Assembly (NCBI GenBank): GCA_946610645.1
Contig: CAMOCK010000045.1
Coordinates: forward strand, 1 to 42,620
Origin: an uncultured Bacteroidales bacterium
Lineage (GTDB): Bacteria > Bacteroidota > Bacteroidia > Bacteroidales > F082
Length of the DNA stretch: 42,620 bases
Direction: 5' to 3'
A model generated the notes under the pieces. It had not been told where the DNA came from. It was given only the letters and a program-made list of their open reading frames with translations, and made no database searches. Shown here piece after piece: positions 26,391 to 35,007 of this stretch (position 1 is its first letter; each line of letters opens with the position of its first letter). The position numbers and the translations under genes are program-made.

Positions 26391-27403
26391 AACCGCGCGT
26401 GGAGGTCGATTTCAACGCCGATGACCGACGGACGTTCAGGAGCAGGAAACCAGGTTATAGTCCGAAAACCAATGAGTTTCTGTTCAACCATGCCCGCAGT
26501 GGCCTGCTACTTGCCTTGCAGTCGCTGGAATTGCCAAAAGGCAGCAAGGTGGGCGTGATGGTTTACAACTGCCACACGGTGATGAACGCCGTGGCGCAAG
26601 CCGGATGCGAGGTGGTCTTTATCGACATCGACGACCACATGAGAATCGACCGAGACGATTTGGAAAGGAAGTCAAATGGTCTTAAAGCGTTGATTGTTAC
26701 GCATTTGTTCGGCATAATTAACGATATTGATGCCATTCGCAAGCAATATCCTCAGCTGCCCATCATCGAGGATTGCGCCCATGCTTTCGGCAAGGAAATC
26801 GTCGGCGATTTTGGGGTCTATAGCATCGGCCAAGGGAAGCTGCCCTCGCTTGGCGACGGTGGCATCCTGACGGTGAACAACGAGAAGTTTGCCGATGCCG
26901 TAAAAGCTTTGTACGACAAGCTCCCAAGCTATTCGCGCCTTGACGATCTTAGGTTGTATTTGAAACTACGGCTGACTGACCTTGCGCACAAGCCGTGGAT
27001 TTACGGTATCACAAGCCGCCTGAAACAAGGCAAGAAACCGCAGGCGGGCCGCGAGCCAATCATGGCAAAGCGGATGTCGGCAGGGGTGCAAGCCATGCTT
27101 GCCTTGCGAAATAGCGAAGTGGAAGGAAAAGTGGAACGCCGCCTCGAAAACGTCATGGAAGAAACAATCCGTTTGAAACATAATAGTTTGGTTACAAGTG
27201 TTTTGTGCGGCAAAAACGCCTTTATGTTGGTGACATTCAGCACAAGTCCTTCGGCACTGAAAAAGCAATACGCGAAACGCGGCATTGAGACGGCCACCCA
27301 TTTCGCCAACAGCATCCATTGGGCGCGAGAATTCGGCTATCGTGGCGACTGCCCCAATGCCGAAAAGTTAAGGAAGGAATTACTGATGATTCCTGTGTAT
27401 TAA
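26387..27403 (+). CDS. DegT/DnrJ/EryC1/StrS-family PLP-dependent enzyme (sugar aminotransferase-like, divergent)
   Basis: ATG at 26387 inside ORF 26087..27403, giving 338 aa. IIEDCAHAFG and YSIGQGKLPSLGDGGIL (candidate PLP lysine) motifs. Confidence 0.65.
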   Translation: MKPRVEVDFNADDRRTFRSRKPGYSPKTNEFLFNHARSGLLLALQSLELPKGSKVGVMVYNCHTVMNAVAQAGCEVVFIDIDDHMRIDRDDLERKSNGLKALIVTHLFGIINDIDAIRKQYPQLPIIEDCAHAFGKEIVGDFGVYSIGQGKLPSLGDGGILTVNNEKFADAVKALYDKLPSYSRLDDLRLYLKLRLTDLAHKPWIYGITSRLKQGKKPQAGREPIMAKRMSAGVQAMLALRNSEVEGKVERRLENVMEETIRLKHNSLVTSVLCGKNAFMLVTFSTSPSALKKQYAKRGIETATHFANSIHWAREFGYRGDCPNAEKLRKELLMIPVY

Positions 27404-27440
27404 ATTGAAAGTGAAATAGTTATATGAATTGGTATTTTTA

Positions 27441-27527
27441 GACACGAGACTTCGGGACGCGGGACGCGAGACATTTGTAAAGTCCCGCGTCTCGCAGTCC
27501 CGTGTCTCGCGTCAATTGATTATACGG
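27441..27527. repeat. GC-rich imperfect palindromic intergenic element, copy 1 (built from GGGAC/GTCCC and GAGAC/GTCTC words)
   Basis: cgagacttcgggacgc (27445-27460) and gtcccgtgtct (27497-27507) are identical to 32162-32177 and 32192-32202. Copy 1 carries extra internal duplications (gggacgc; gtcccgcgtctcgca). The shared right flank is attatacg. Confidence 0.85.
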
Positions 27528-27547
27528 TTTAATTTTCATGGTTACTT

Positions 27548-28558
27548 ATGTACGATTTCAAACGAATTGACCCCACCGACGACGACTGGAAAGCCATAGA
27601 AGCGACATACGATGGCACGGTCTACAAGACCAAGGCATGGTTCGACTATTTGGCCTACCAGCATTGCCTGCCATTCATCGCAAAAGTTTTCCAAGATTCC
27701 AACCTGATTGGCTATTTTGTTGGCGCTCTGCTCAAACGGGGCGTTTGGACGCTCGGTGCGCCGTTGGAAGGCGTGGGCACGGGCAACCAAGGATTGGCCA
27801 TGCTGCGAGAGACGTTGCCGCCAGAACGCATCGAGATTTACAAGGCGTTGGCCAAGTGGGTGTTCAAGAACCGCTATGCGGTATGGCTGCAAGTGGAGGA
27901 TTGGCAACTTGAGATTTACGACTTTGAGGGCAACGAGGACATCATGGAATACCACGACTCCAGTTGGGTCGACCTGACCGCCGACGAAGAGACGATGTGG
28001 CGTAGGACTTCGCAAAAATCATGTCGATACATGATAAACAAGGCCAAAAAGCAAGGTGTCTTCGTTAGAGAGGCGGAAGATGAAGAATCTTTCCTGAACG
28101 TGCATTTTGAGCAGCATTTGGATGTGATGGAACGAAAAGGATTGTCGCCACTGAGAAGCAAGGAGAACCTGAGGGAATTGATTAAAGCAACTTATCCGGA
28201 CAAGCTTTTGCTTTTGGAGGCCGTTACCTCGGATGGGAAAGTAGTGGGAACGGGGATGTATCCCGTTGGCGGTGGCAGCAGTTGCCTTTTCATGGTTGCG
28301 GCCAAGCAAGAGGACTTGGTTTATTGCCCAAATGAAATCCTGATGTGGGAGGCTTTGGTGCGATGCAAGGCAAGAGGTGCCCGCTTTTTCAATATGAATG
28401 GTGTCATGCCTTACAAATTGAAATATGGCACACTTCGCGACTTCAGGCCACGCCTCGTTTTCCAGAAACATAAAGGATTAGCCGTATTCAGGAAGTTTTT
28501 CAAGGACATCTATCATAAATTGAGGTTTAGCCTGTTCAAAATCAAGGAAGAATCATGA
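27548..28558 (+). CDS. FemAB-like / Acetyltransf_6 (GNAT-superfamily) protein, copy 2
   Basis: 336 aa. Same overall layout as the CDS at 25386 (W..I........KT.AWFDYL; C-terminal FFNMNGV..YKLKYG) but distantly related to it. Confidence 0.55.
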   Translation: MYDFKRIDPTDDDWKAIEATYDGTVYKTKAWFDYLAYQHCLPFIAKVFQDSNLIGYFVGALLKRGVWTLGAPLEGVGTGNQGLAMLRETLPPERIEIYKALAKWVFKNRYAVWLQVEDWQLEIYDFEGNEDIMEYHDSSWVDLTADEETMWRRTSQKSCRYMINKAKKQGVFVREAEDEESFLNVHFEQHLDVMERKGLSPLRSKENLRELIKATYPDKLLLLEAVTSDGKVVGTGMYPVGGGSSCLFMVAAKQEDLVYCPNEILMWEALVRCKARGARFFNMNGVMPYKLKYGTLRDFRPRLVFQKHKGLAVFRKFFKDIYHKLRFSLFKIKEES

Positions 28559-29655
28559 AAACCTACCTCTTTTCCCTCGGCCATCCTGCGCATTTCCACA
28601 TGTTCAAGCACACGATGCGTGCCTTGAAAGATGAAGGGCACAAGGTGATTGTCGTCGTAAGGCCGAAAGACGTCTTGGAACAGTTGTGTATCAACGAAGG
28701 TGTTGAATATCACAGCATTGGCCAACGTCCCGACAAGGGCGGGAGGCTGAGCCGCGCCATGGTGGTTGTGCAGCGCTTCTTTGCCATCGCAAGGATTGTC
28801 AGGAAGGGAAAGCCTTGCATGCTCATCGGCTCCGATGGCGTGATGGCCTATCTCGGCACGATGTTCCGCACGCCTTCCTTCGAGTTTTTCGACGACGACT
28901 ACGCTATCATCAAGCTCTATGCCTGGGCCTTCTTCCCGTTCTATTCCGACTTGGTGTGCCCCAACGTCACCGATGCAGGACGCTGGTCGAAGAAGAAAAA
29001 GACGGGCTATGAGGGCTACCAGAAATTGGCTTACTTGCACCCCAACCGCTTCGCGCCCGACCGGAGCGTGGTCGAAAAGTATTTCCCCTCCGACAAGCCT
29101 TACTTCTTGCTCCGCTTCGCCAAACTCAATGCGCACCACGACAAGGGCATTGGCGGCATCAGTGGCGAAGTGGCGCAGCATCTCATCGACATGCTTCTGC
29201 CACACGGCAACGTCCACATCACCTCCGAGAGGCCGTTAGACGCTCGTTTTGAGCCATATAGGCTGCATATCAACCCGTCCGACATGCACCATATCCTCGC
29301 TTTCGCCAACCTTTACATCGGCGACAGCCAAAGCATGGCGGTGGAGGCGGCCATGCTCGGCACACCAAGCCTGCGCTTCAACGACTTTGCGGGAAAAATC
29401 TCGGTTTTGGAGGAATTGGAGCACAAATACGAACTTACTTTTGCCATCCCGCCTTCCGACCCCGAAAGGCTATATATGAAAGTGGATGAGTTGTTGTCGT
29501 TGCCCGATTTGCGCGAGACTTTCCAACAGCGGCGGCAAAAGATGCTCTCCGAGAAAATCGACGTGGCGGCGTTCTTTACTTGGTTCGTCGAGAACTACCC
29601 GGAAAGCCGCAAAATCATGCGCGAGAATCCGGATTACCAGTGGCGCTTCAAGTAA
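28555..29655 (+). CDS. DUF354 family protein (GT-B/epimerase-like fold, uncharacterised)
   Basis: 366 aa. The N-terminus MKTYLFSLGHPAHFHMFKHTMRALKDEGHKVIVV matches the pattern I remember for DUF354 (...HPAH.H.FK..I..L...GHEV). Confidence 0.5.
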   Translation: MKTYLFSLGHPAHFHMFKHTMRALKDEGHKVIVVVRPKDVLEQLCINEGVEYHSIGQRPDKGGRLSRAMVVVQRFFAIARIVRKGKPCMLIGSDGVMAYLGTMFRTPSFEFFDDDYAIIKLYAWAFFPFYSDLVCPNVTDAGRWSKKKKTGYEGYQKLAYLHPNRFAPDRSVVEKYFPSDKPYFLLRFAKLNAHHDKGIGGISGEVAQHLIDMLLPHGNVHITSERPLDARFEPYRLHINPSDMHHILAFANLYIGDSQSMAVEAAMLGTPSLRFNDFAGKISVLEELEHKYELTFAIPPSDPERLYMKVDELLSLPDLRETFQQRRQKMLSEKIDVAAFFTWFVENYPESRKIMRENPDYQWRFK

Positions 29656-29676
29656 CTGTCAGTAATATTGTTGTTT

Positions 29677-30252
29677 ATGCAATTCGAAATACAAGAACCA
29701 CATGCCATCCCGTTCTACGGCGGCGACAAGAAATTGGGCGAGGCCGTGAAAAGCGCGGGCGCAAGGCGCAACATGGGGCCTTTGCGCTTCGCTTTCAGGA
29801 AGATAAAGAACATTATCCTTGCGCGAATGTCGTATTTTTGCCCGCTCAACGGATGGCGGGTGAAGATGAACCGCTGGCGTGGCGTCCATGTCGGGAAGAA
29901 CGTCTATATCGGGATGCATTGCGTGATCGACAATGCTTATCCGGAGTACGTCTACATCGAGGACAACGTCTCGCTCGCGGGCGAGGTGACGGTCATCGCG
30001 CACATGAACCCCTATCCGCATTTCGAGGGGGTCATCGAGCCGAAAGTAGCGCCGGTGGTCATCCGCCGTGGGGCTTGGATTGGCGTGAAGAGCGTGGTGC
30101 TTTGCGGTGCCGAAGTGGGGGAGTATGCCATCGTCTCTGCCGGCTCGGTGGTCGATAAGAAGGTGAACCCGTGCACGATAGTGGCTGGAAATCCCGCACA
30201 CAAGAAAGTCGGCTTTTCCACGTTAATGAAAGACAAAATGACGAAAGAATGA
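29677..30252 (+). CDS. Hexapeptide-repeat (LbH) acyltransferase
   Basis: ATG at 29677, giving 191 aa. GKNVYIGMHCVID...VVIRRGAWIGVKSVVLCGAEVGEYAIVSAGSVVDKKVNPCTIVAGNPA. Confidence 0.85.
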   Translation: MQFEIQEPHAIPFYGGDKKLGEAVKSAGARRNMGPLRFAFRKIKNIILARMSYFCPLNGWRVKMNRWRGVHVGKNVYIGMHCVIDNAYPEYVYIEDNVSLAGEVTVIAHMNPYPHFEGVIEPKVAPVVIRRGAWIGVKSVVLCGAEVGEYAIVSAGSVVDKKVNPCTIVAGNPAHKKVGFSTLMKDKMTKE

Positions 30253-31178
30253 AGACAGCATTGATATTTCCGGGCCAAGGGTGCCAGAAAGAGGGCATGG
30301 GGAAAGAGCTTTACTCCGCGTTCCCCGAAGCCGAGGCCTTGTTTGAACGCGCCAACGACTTCTTCGGTCGCCGTATCACGGATGTGATGTTCCACGGCAC
30401 GGAACTGGAGTTGATGGAAACGAAAAACACCCAGCCCGCCGTGTTTATTTATGAGGTGGCCGCCGCCCTGACCCAGAAAAAAGTTGTCCCCGATGTGGTG
30501 GCGGGCCATTCGCTTGGCGAGTTTGCCGCCTTGGTGGTGAGTGGCTGCTTGAGCTTCGAGGACGGACTTGACTTGGTGTATCACAGGGCCTTGTTCGGGC
30601 AAAAGGCGTGCGAGAAAACGCCCACGGCGATGGGTGCCGTCATCGGTTTGGACGACGATTATGTGGCAAGGCGTGTCAAGGAGGTTTGGGACGAAACGGG
30701 CGAACCGGTGTATATGGCCAACTACAACGGCCCTGGCCAAGTGGTGATTACGGGTAGCAAGATGGGCATCCGCACCGCGCTCAAGGCCCTGAAAGAGGAA
30801 GGTGCGAAGAAGGCCGTCCTGCTCGGCATCGGAGGGTCGTTCCATTCGCCTTACATGGACGAAGCGCGTGAGGAATTGGGCGAAATCATAAAAAAAACGA
30901 CATTCAATGTGCCAAAATGTCCAATTTACCAGTGTGTCGACGGCAAGCCTCACACCGACCCTGACGAACTGAAAGCCAACCTGATAGAACACATCACACA
31001 CCCTGTGCTTTGGACGACGATGGTGCGCAATATGCAGTCCGACGGCGTTGGCACATATTTTGAGGTCGGCACCGACGACACGCTCCAGAAAATCGTGGCA
31101 CGCATGTGTCCCGAAAGTGAAGTGCGTTCCATTTGGGAAGTGGAAGATTATAAACCATTAAATATCTTAAAACCATGA
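30249..31178 (+). CDS. fabD: Malonyl-CoA:ACP transacylase (FabD family)
   Basis: ATG at 30249, giving 309 aa. ALIFPGQGCQ, VAGHSLGEFAAL (active-site Ser), ANYNGPGQVVITG, GSFHSP. Confidence 0.85.
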   Translation: MKTALIFPGQGCQKEGMGKELYSAFPEAEALFERANDFFGRRITDVMFHGTELELMETKNTQPAVFIYEVAAALTQKKVVPDVVAGHSLGEFAALVVSGCLSFEDGLDLVYHRALFGQKACEKTPTAMGAVIGLDDDYVARRVKEVWDETGEPVYMANYNGPGQVVITGSKMGIRTALKALKEEGAKKAVLLGIGGSFHSPYMDEAREELGEIIKKTTFNVPKCPIYQCVDGKPHTDPDELKANLIEHITHPVLWTTMVRNMQSDGVGTYFEVGTDDTLQKIVARMCPESEVRSIWEVEDYKPLNILKP

Positions 31179-31402
31179 CATTAGACCAATTTGTACAGCA
31201 ATTTGCCGAGCAGTTCGACGAAACTCCAGCCAACCAATTCACGCCTGCTACCGACTACAAGTCGTTGGACGAATGGGGTTCGCTGACCACTCTCGGCGTC
31301 ATCACCATGGTGGATGCCGAAATGGAGAAACGCATCACCGCCTCTAACTTGCTGGCATGCACCACAATTGAGGAACTTTACAACTTTATCCAAAGGATTT
31401 GA
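31175..31402 (+). CDS. Acyl carrier protein-like (dedicated carrier)
   Basis: 75 aa and acidic. LDEWGSLTTLGVITMVD sits at the position of the DSL phosphopantetheine-attachment motif. Flanked by fabD and the SDR with overlapping stop/start codons. Confidence 0.65.
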   Translation: MTLDQFVQQFAEQFDETPANQFTPATDYKSLDEWGSLTTLGVITMVDAEMEKRITASNLLACTTIEELYNFIQRI

Positions 31403-32151
31403 TGAACGGGCGTTTTTCGTTGGAAGGGAAGACCCTTCTCGTGACGGGAGCCTCGTCGGGAATCGGGCGTTGCGTGGCGGTGGAATGTGCCAAAATGGGC
31501 GCGAAAATCGTCATCAACGGGCGCAACCAAGAACGTTTGAACCAAACGCTTTCCATGTTGGAAGGCATTGGCCATCAAGCCATTGCCGCCGACCTTGCCG
31601 ACCCTGAAGCCGTCGAAAAGATGGTGGCGCAGTTGCCGCCGTTGGACGGCGTTTCGCATAACGCCGGAGTCTCCAACATCGGCATGATCAAATTCTTGAA
31701 GGAGAACGACTGGAACGACCTTTCGCAGGCCAACGTTTTTTCCGCCATTTGGCTGACGCGCTGCCTTGTAGCCCGCAAAAAACTCAACCGCCCCGCGTCC
31801 ATCGTGTTCACTTCGTCCATTTCGGGCAACGACAGCGTGCGTCACGGCGAAGCGCTTTATGCCGCCACCAAAAGTGCCCTAAGCGGTTTCGCGAAGGCGG
31901 CGGCGCTTGATTTGGCCTCTCAAGGCATCCGAGTGAATTGTGTGCATCCCGGAATGATTGAGACGGAGTTGTTCCATTCAGCGCAAGAGGTTATGAACCA
32001 AGATCTTGACGAGTTGAAGAAACTGTTTCCGCTCAAGCGTTTTGGCCAGCCGGAAGACGTGGCCGATGGCATCATCTATCTCTTGTCTGGCGCCTCGGCG
32101 TGGGTGACAGGCACGGAACTGAAAATTGACGGAGGATATACCTTAACATGA
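31402..32151 (+). CDS. Short-chain dehydrogenase/reductase (FabG-like 3-oxoacyl-ACP reductase)
   Basis: ATG at 31402 (TGATG junction), giving 249 aa. GKTLLVTGASSGIGR (TGxxxGxG), YAATKSAL (YxxxK), VHPGMIET. Confidence 0.85.
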   Translation: MNGRFSLEGKTLLVTGASSGIGRCVAVECAKMGAKIVINGRNQERLNQTLSMLEGIGHQAIAADLADPEAVEKMVAQLPPLDGVSHNAGVSNIGMIKFLKENDWNDLSQANVFSAIWLTRCLVARKKLNRPASIVFTSSISGNDSVRHGEALYAATKSALSGFAKAAALDLASQGIRVNCVHPGMIETELFHSAQEVMNQDLDELKKLFPLKRFGQPEDVADGIIYLLSGASAWVTGTELKIDGGYTLT

Positions 32152-32230
32152 CGCGTGACGGCGAGACTTCGGGACGCGAGACACTGGAGCAGTCCCGTGT
32201 CTGAAAGTCACGTGTCAAAAATTATACGAC
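32151..32230. repeat. GC-rich imperfect palindromic intergenic element, copy 2
   Basis: acgcgtgac(32151-32159)/gtcacgtgt(32207-32215), gagac/gtct and gggac(32171-32175)/gtccc(32192-32196) can form a segmented hairpin. Shares its cores with copy 1. Confidence 0.85.
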
Positions 32231-32231
32231 A

Positions 32232-33233
32232 ATGAAAGCCTACATACAAGCCTTGGCCTACAGCCTGCCTGAAAAAGTGCTGACCAATGCCGACCTCGCG
32301 AAGGAATTTCCTGAATGGACCGAGGAGAAAATCATGAAGAAATTGGGCATCGCCGAGCGGCACGTGGTTGCCGCCGACGAAACCGCTTCCGACATGGCCG
32401 TTTCCGCTGCCGAAAAGTTGTTCTCTGAAAACCAAATCGACACTGAAACGGTTGATTATCTGATATTTTGCACCCAAAGTCCCGACTACATTTTGCCCAC
32501 CACGGCCTGTCTGATTCAGCAAAGGTTGGGTCTGAAAGACAGCATCGGGGCTATCGATGTGAACCTTGGCTGTTCGGGCTGGATCTTTGGGCTTTCTTTG
32601 GCCAAGGGTTTGGTTTTGGGCGGCATGGCGAAGCGCGTGCTGTTGCTGACGGCGGAAACCTATTCGAAATATCTTCATCCTCGCGACAAAGGCAACCGCA
32701 CCATCTTCGGCGACGGCGCGGCGGCCACTTTGGTCGGATGTGACGGCATCGCCGAAATCGGGAACTTCAGCTTCGGTACCGACGGCAACGGCGCGGAGAA
32801 TTTGATAGTGAAATCAGGTGGCGCACGGCATAGAAAGCAACTTGATGATTTACAGTTCGATAACTTTGGAAATCCCAAGTCGTCGGACTATATTTACATG
32901 AACGGTGCCGAGATTCTGAACTACACACTCGACCGCATCCCCGGACTGATTGAGGAAGTGCTGCAAAAGAACGGTTGTGTCATGGAAGACATTGACTTGC
33001 ACGTCTATCATCAAGCCAACAAATACATTGCTAACCTGCAGCGCGTGAAGATGAAAATCGCGCCCGAAAAATACTACTGTTGTTTTGAACATGTGGGCAA
33101 TACGGTTTCATCGACCATCCCGATTGCCTTGAAGGAAGCCTTGAATGACGGCTCCATCAAGCCCGGAAACAAGGTGCTTTCGGTGGCACAAGGTTTGGGT
33201 TACTCGTGGGGCGGTGTGATGATGCAATTCTGA
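32232..33233 (+). CDS. 3-oxoacyl-ACP synthase III (KAS III, FabH-like)
   Basis: 333 aa. Cys-His-Asn triad context: NLGCSGWIFGL, YHQANKYI, HVGNTVSSTIP. Confidence 0.85.
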   Translation: MKAYIQALAYSLPEKVLTNADLAKEFPEWTEEKIMKKLGIAERHVVAADETASDMAVSAAEKLFSENQIDTETVDYLIFCTQSPDYILPTTACLIQQRLGLKDSIGAIDVNLGCSGWIFGLSLAKGLVLGGMAKRVLLLTAETYSKYLHPRDKGNRTIFGDGAAATLVGCDGIAEIGNFSFGTDGNGAENLIVKSGGARHRKQLDDLQFDNFGNPKSSDYIYMNGAEILNYTLDRIPGLIEEVLQKNGCVMEDIDLHVYHQANKYIANLQRVKMKIAPEKYYCCFEHVGNTVSSTIPIALKEALNDGSIKPGNKVLSVAQGLGYSWGGVMMQF

Positions 33234-33244
33234 CGTTTTGGACT

Positions 33245-34165
33245 ATGCCAAATGACCGTTTTTGCTTGATTACCAACGACGTTGAAACCACGTCGATTCT
33301 GAACCACAAGTTGCGCGACAAAACAGGCGAGTATGTGCTCAACCAAGGGATGCCGCGACTTTTGGACTTGTACGCGAGATACGGCGTGAAGGCCACGTTT
33401 TTCTTTACGGGCCATATCGCCAAGCTCTATCCAGAAGTGGTGAAAATGGCCTACGAGCGTGGCCACGAGGTTGGTTCTCACGGACTTACCCACGAAGTGA
33501 GCAAGGCTTTTGATGTGATGCCTCCCGAGGAGCAACTTTCGCACCTCAAGCAATCCAAACAGATTCTGGAAGACATTGTGGGCGAAGAAGTTGTGTCGTT
33601 TCGCGCTCCAGCGGCGCGGGTCGATAAGGCGTTTCCGAAAGTCTTGAGAGAGGCTGGCTTCAAGGTGGATAGCTCGGTTTCGTCGCAACGGATGGACATG
33701 ATGTTCTCGTTTGGCGCGTTGAAAAAACTCCATTGGTTAGTCGCACCGAGGAAGGCTTACTTCACCAGTGAAGGCAACATCTTCCGCAAGGGCGATTCGC
33801 CCATCCTTGAAGTGCCCATTTCGGCAATGGGATTCCCATATATCGGCACTTTCATGCGCATTGCGCCTGCACTTAACCGATTCACGCGCAGACTGTTGTA
33901 TTGCGAAACGCTGTGCAATGGTCGGCAGTTTGTCTTTCTCACCCATCCTAACGAGTTCATTGACGAGGACAAGGAAACCGACGAAATCGAGCGTCGCGCC
34001 AAGAACTATATCGCTTATCTTCTTGGCGATGTGCTTCGCCACAAGTTGAAAGTCAGGAACTTGGGCGAAAGTGCTTTGCCGATTTACGAGCGCGAATTGG
34101 TGTTTTTCAAAGACAAAGGCTTTGAATTCCTGACATGCAAGGATTTGTTGGCCAAAAAGAGTTGA
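33245..34165 (+). CDS. Polysaccharide deacetylase (NodB/CE4 homology domain)
   Basis: ATG at 33245, giving 306 aa. ITNDVET, ATFFFTG, GHEVGSHGLTHE metal-binding His motif. Confidence 0.8.
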   Translation: MPNDRFCLITNDVETTSILNHKLRDKTGEYVLNQGMPRLLDLYARYGVKATFFFTGHIAKLYPEVVKMAYERGHEVGSHGLTHEVSKAFDVMPPEEQLSHLKQSKQILEDIVGEEVVSFRAPAARVDKAFPKVLREAGFKVDSSVSSQRMDMMFSFGALKKLHWLVAPRKAYFTSEGNIFRKGDSPILEVPISAMGFPYIGTFMRIAPALNRFTRRLLYCETLCNGRQFVFLTHPNEFIDEDKETDEIERRAKNYIAYLLGDVLRHKLKVRNLGESALPIYERELVFFKDKGFEFLTCKDLLAKKS

Positions 34166-34167
34166 TT

Positions 34168-34977
34168 ATGCGCGACTTCACCCTGAAATCATACCGCTCA
34201 TTGCTGGTGGCATTCCAAAAGGCAGGCTATCGGTTCCAGACTTTTGAGGCATTCACGGAGCATCCCGCCGAAGGCAAGACAGTGGTCATGCGGCACGATG
34301 TGGACGAGAAAGCGCCCAACGCGCTGAAAATGGCGCAATTGGAGCATGAATTGGGCATCCGTGCGACCTATTTTTTCCGCATTGTCAAGCAGAGCAATGT
34401 TCCGGAAGTGATTCGTGGCATTGCGGCTTTGGGCCACGAAATCGGCTATCATTACGAGGATTTGGCCACCGCCGAGGGCGACATGGAAAAAGCAGTTGGA
34501 GCCTTTAAGAAAAATCTAACGTATTTCCGTGATTATTACCCAGTTAGGTCGGTGTGTATGCATGGTAGTTCCACTTCGAAATTCGACAACCGACTGCTTT
34601 GGGAAACGCACCAACTTTCCGATTTTGGGTTGGTAGGAGAGCCTTATCTCAGCGTCGATTTCGGCAAGGTTTTCTACCTCACCGACACAGGCTACGCTTG
34701 GGACGGCGGCAAGTTTGCCACCCGCGACGTCGTTGAAAACCATTTTGGCTTAAAATTCCACACCACCGAGCAAATCGTGGCTTGCATCGCGTCTGGCAAT
34801 TTCCCCGAAAAGGTTCTGATACTCGCCCACACTTTGTGGACCGATAGTTTCTCACAATGGACAACCTTGCATTTGCGCGAGTTTTTCAGGAACAATTTGA
34901 AACTATTGGCCCAAAACAACGAGGGTGTTGCGAAATTGTACAAGAAAATGGTCAATTTGTATTGGAAAAAAGTGTAA
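34168..34977 (+). CDS. Polysaccharide deacetylase-like protein (second, divergent CE4-like)
   Basis: ATG at 34168, giving 269 aa. VVMRHDVDE, IRATYFFR, GHEIGYHYE. Confidence 0.6.
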   Translation: MRDFTLKSYRSLLVAFQKAGYRFQTFEAFTEHPAEGKTVVMRHDVDEKAPNALKMAQLEHELGIRATYFFRIVKQSNVPEVIRGIAALGHEIGYHYEDLATAEGDMEKAVGAFKKNLTYFRDYYPVRSVCMHGSSTSKFDNRLLWETHQLSDFGLVGEPYLSVDFGKVFYLTDTGYAWDGGKFATRDVVENHFGLKFHTTEQIVACIASGNFPEKVLILAHTLWTDSFSQWTTLHLREFFRNNLKLLAQNNEGVAKLYKKMVNLYWKKV

Positions 34978-34982
34978 TTTTG
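34975..34982 (+). promoter_or_regulatory. TAnnTTTG -7 box (TAATTTTG) upstream of wza
   Basis: Exact consensus match overlapping the stop codon of the previous CDS, ending 25 nt before the ATG at 35008. Confidence 0.35.
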
Positions 34983-35007
34983 CGCTCCGATAATAGAAAA
35001 TACTTCA

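Noticed and set aside
27441-27513. The palindromic elements as simple Rho-independent terminators
   Set aside because: Neither copy is followed by a T-run on the plus strand. Both sit inside what otherwise looks like one operon whose genes are functionally linked across the element (FabD/ACP/SDR upstream, KAS III downstream).
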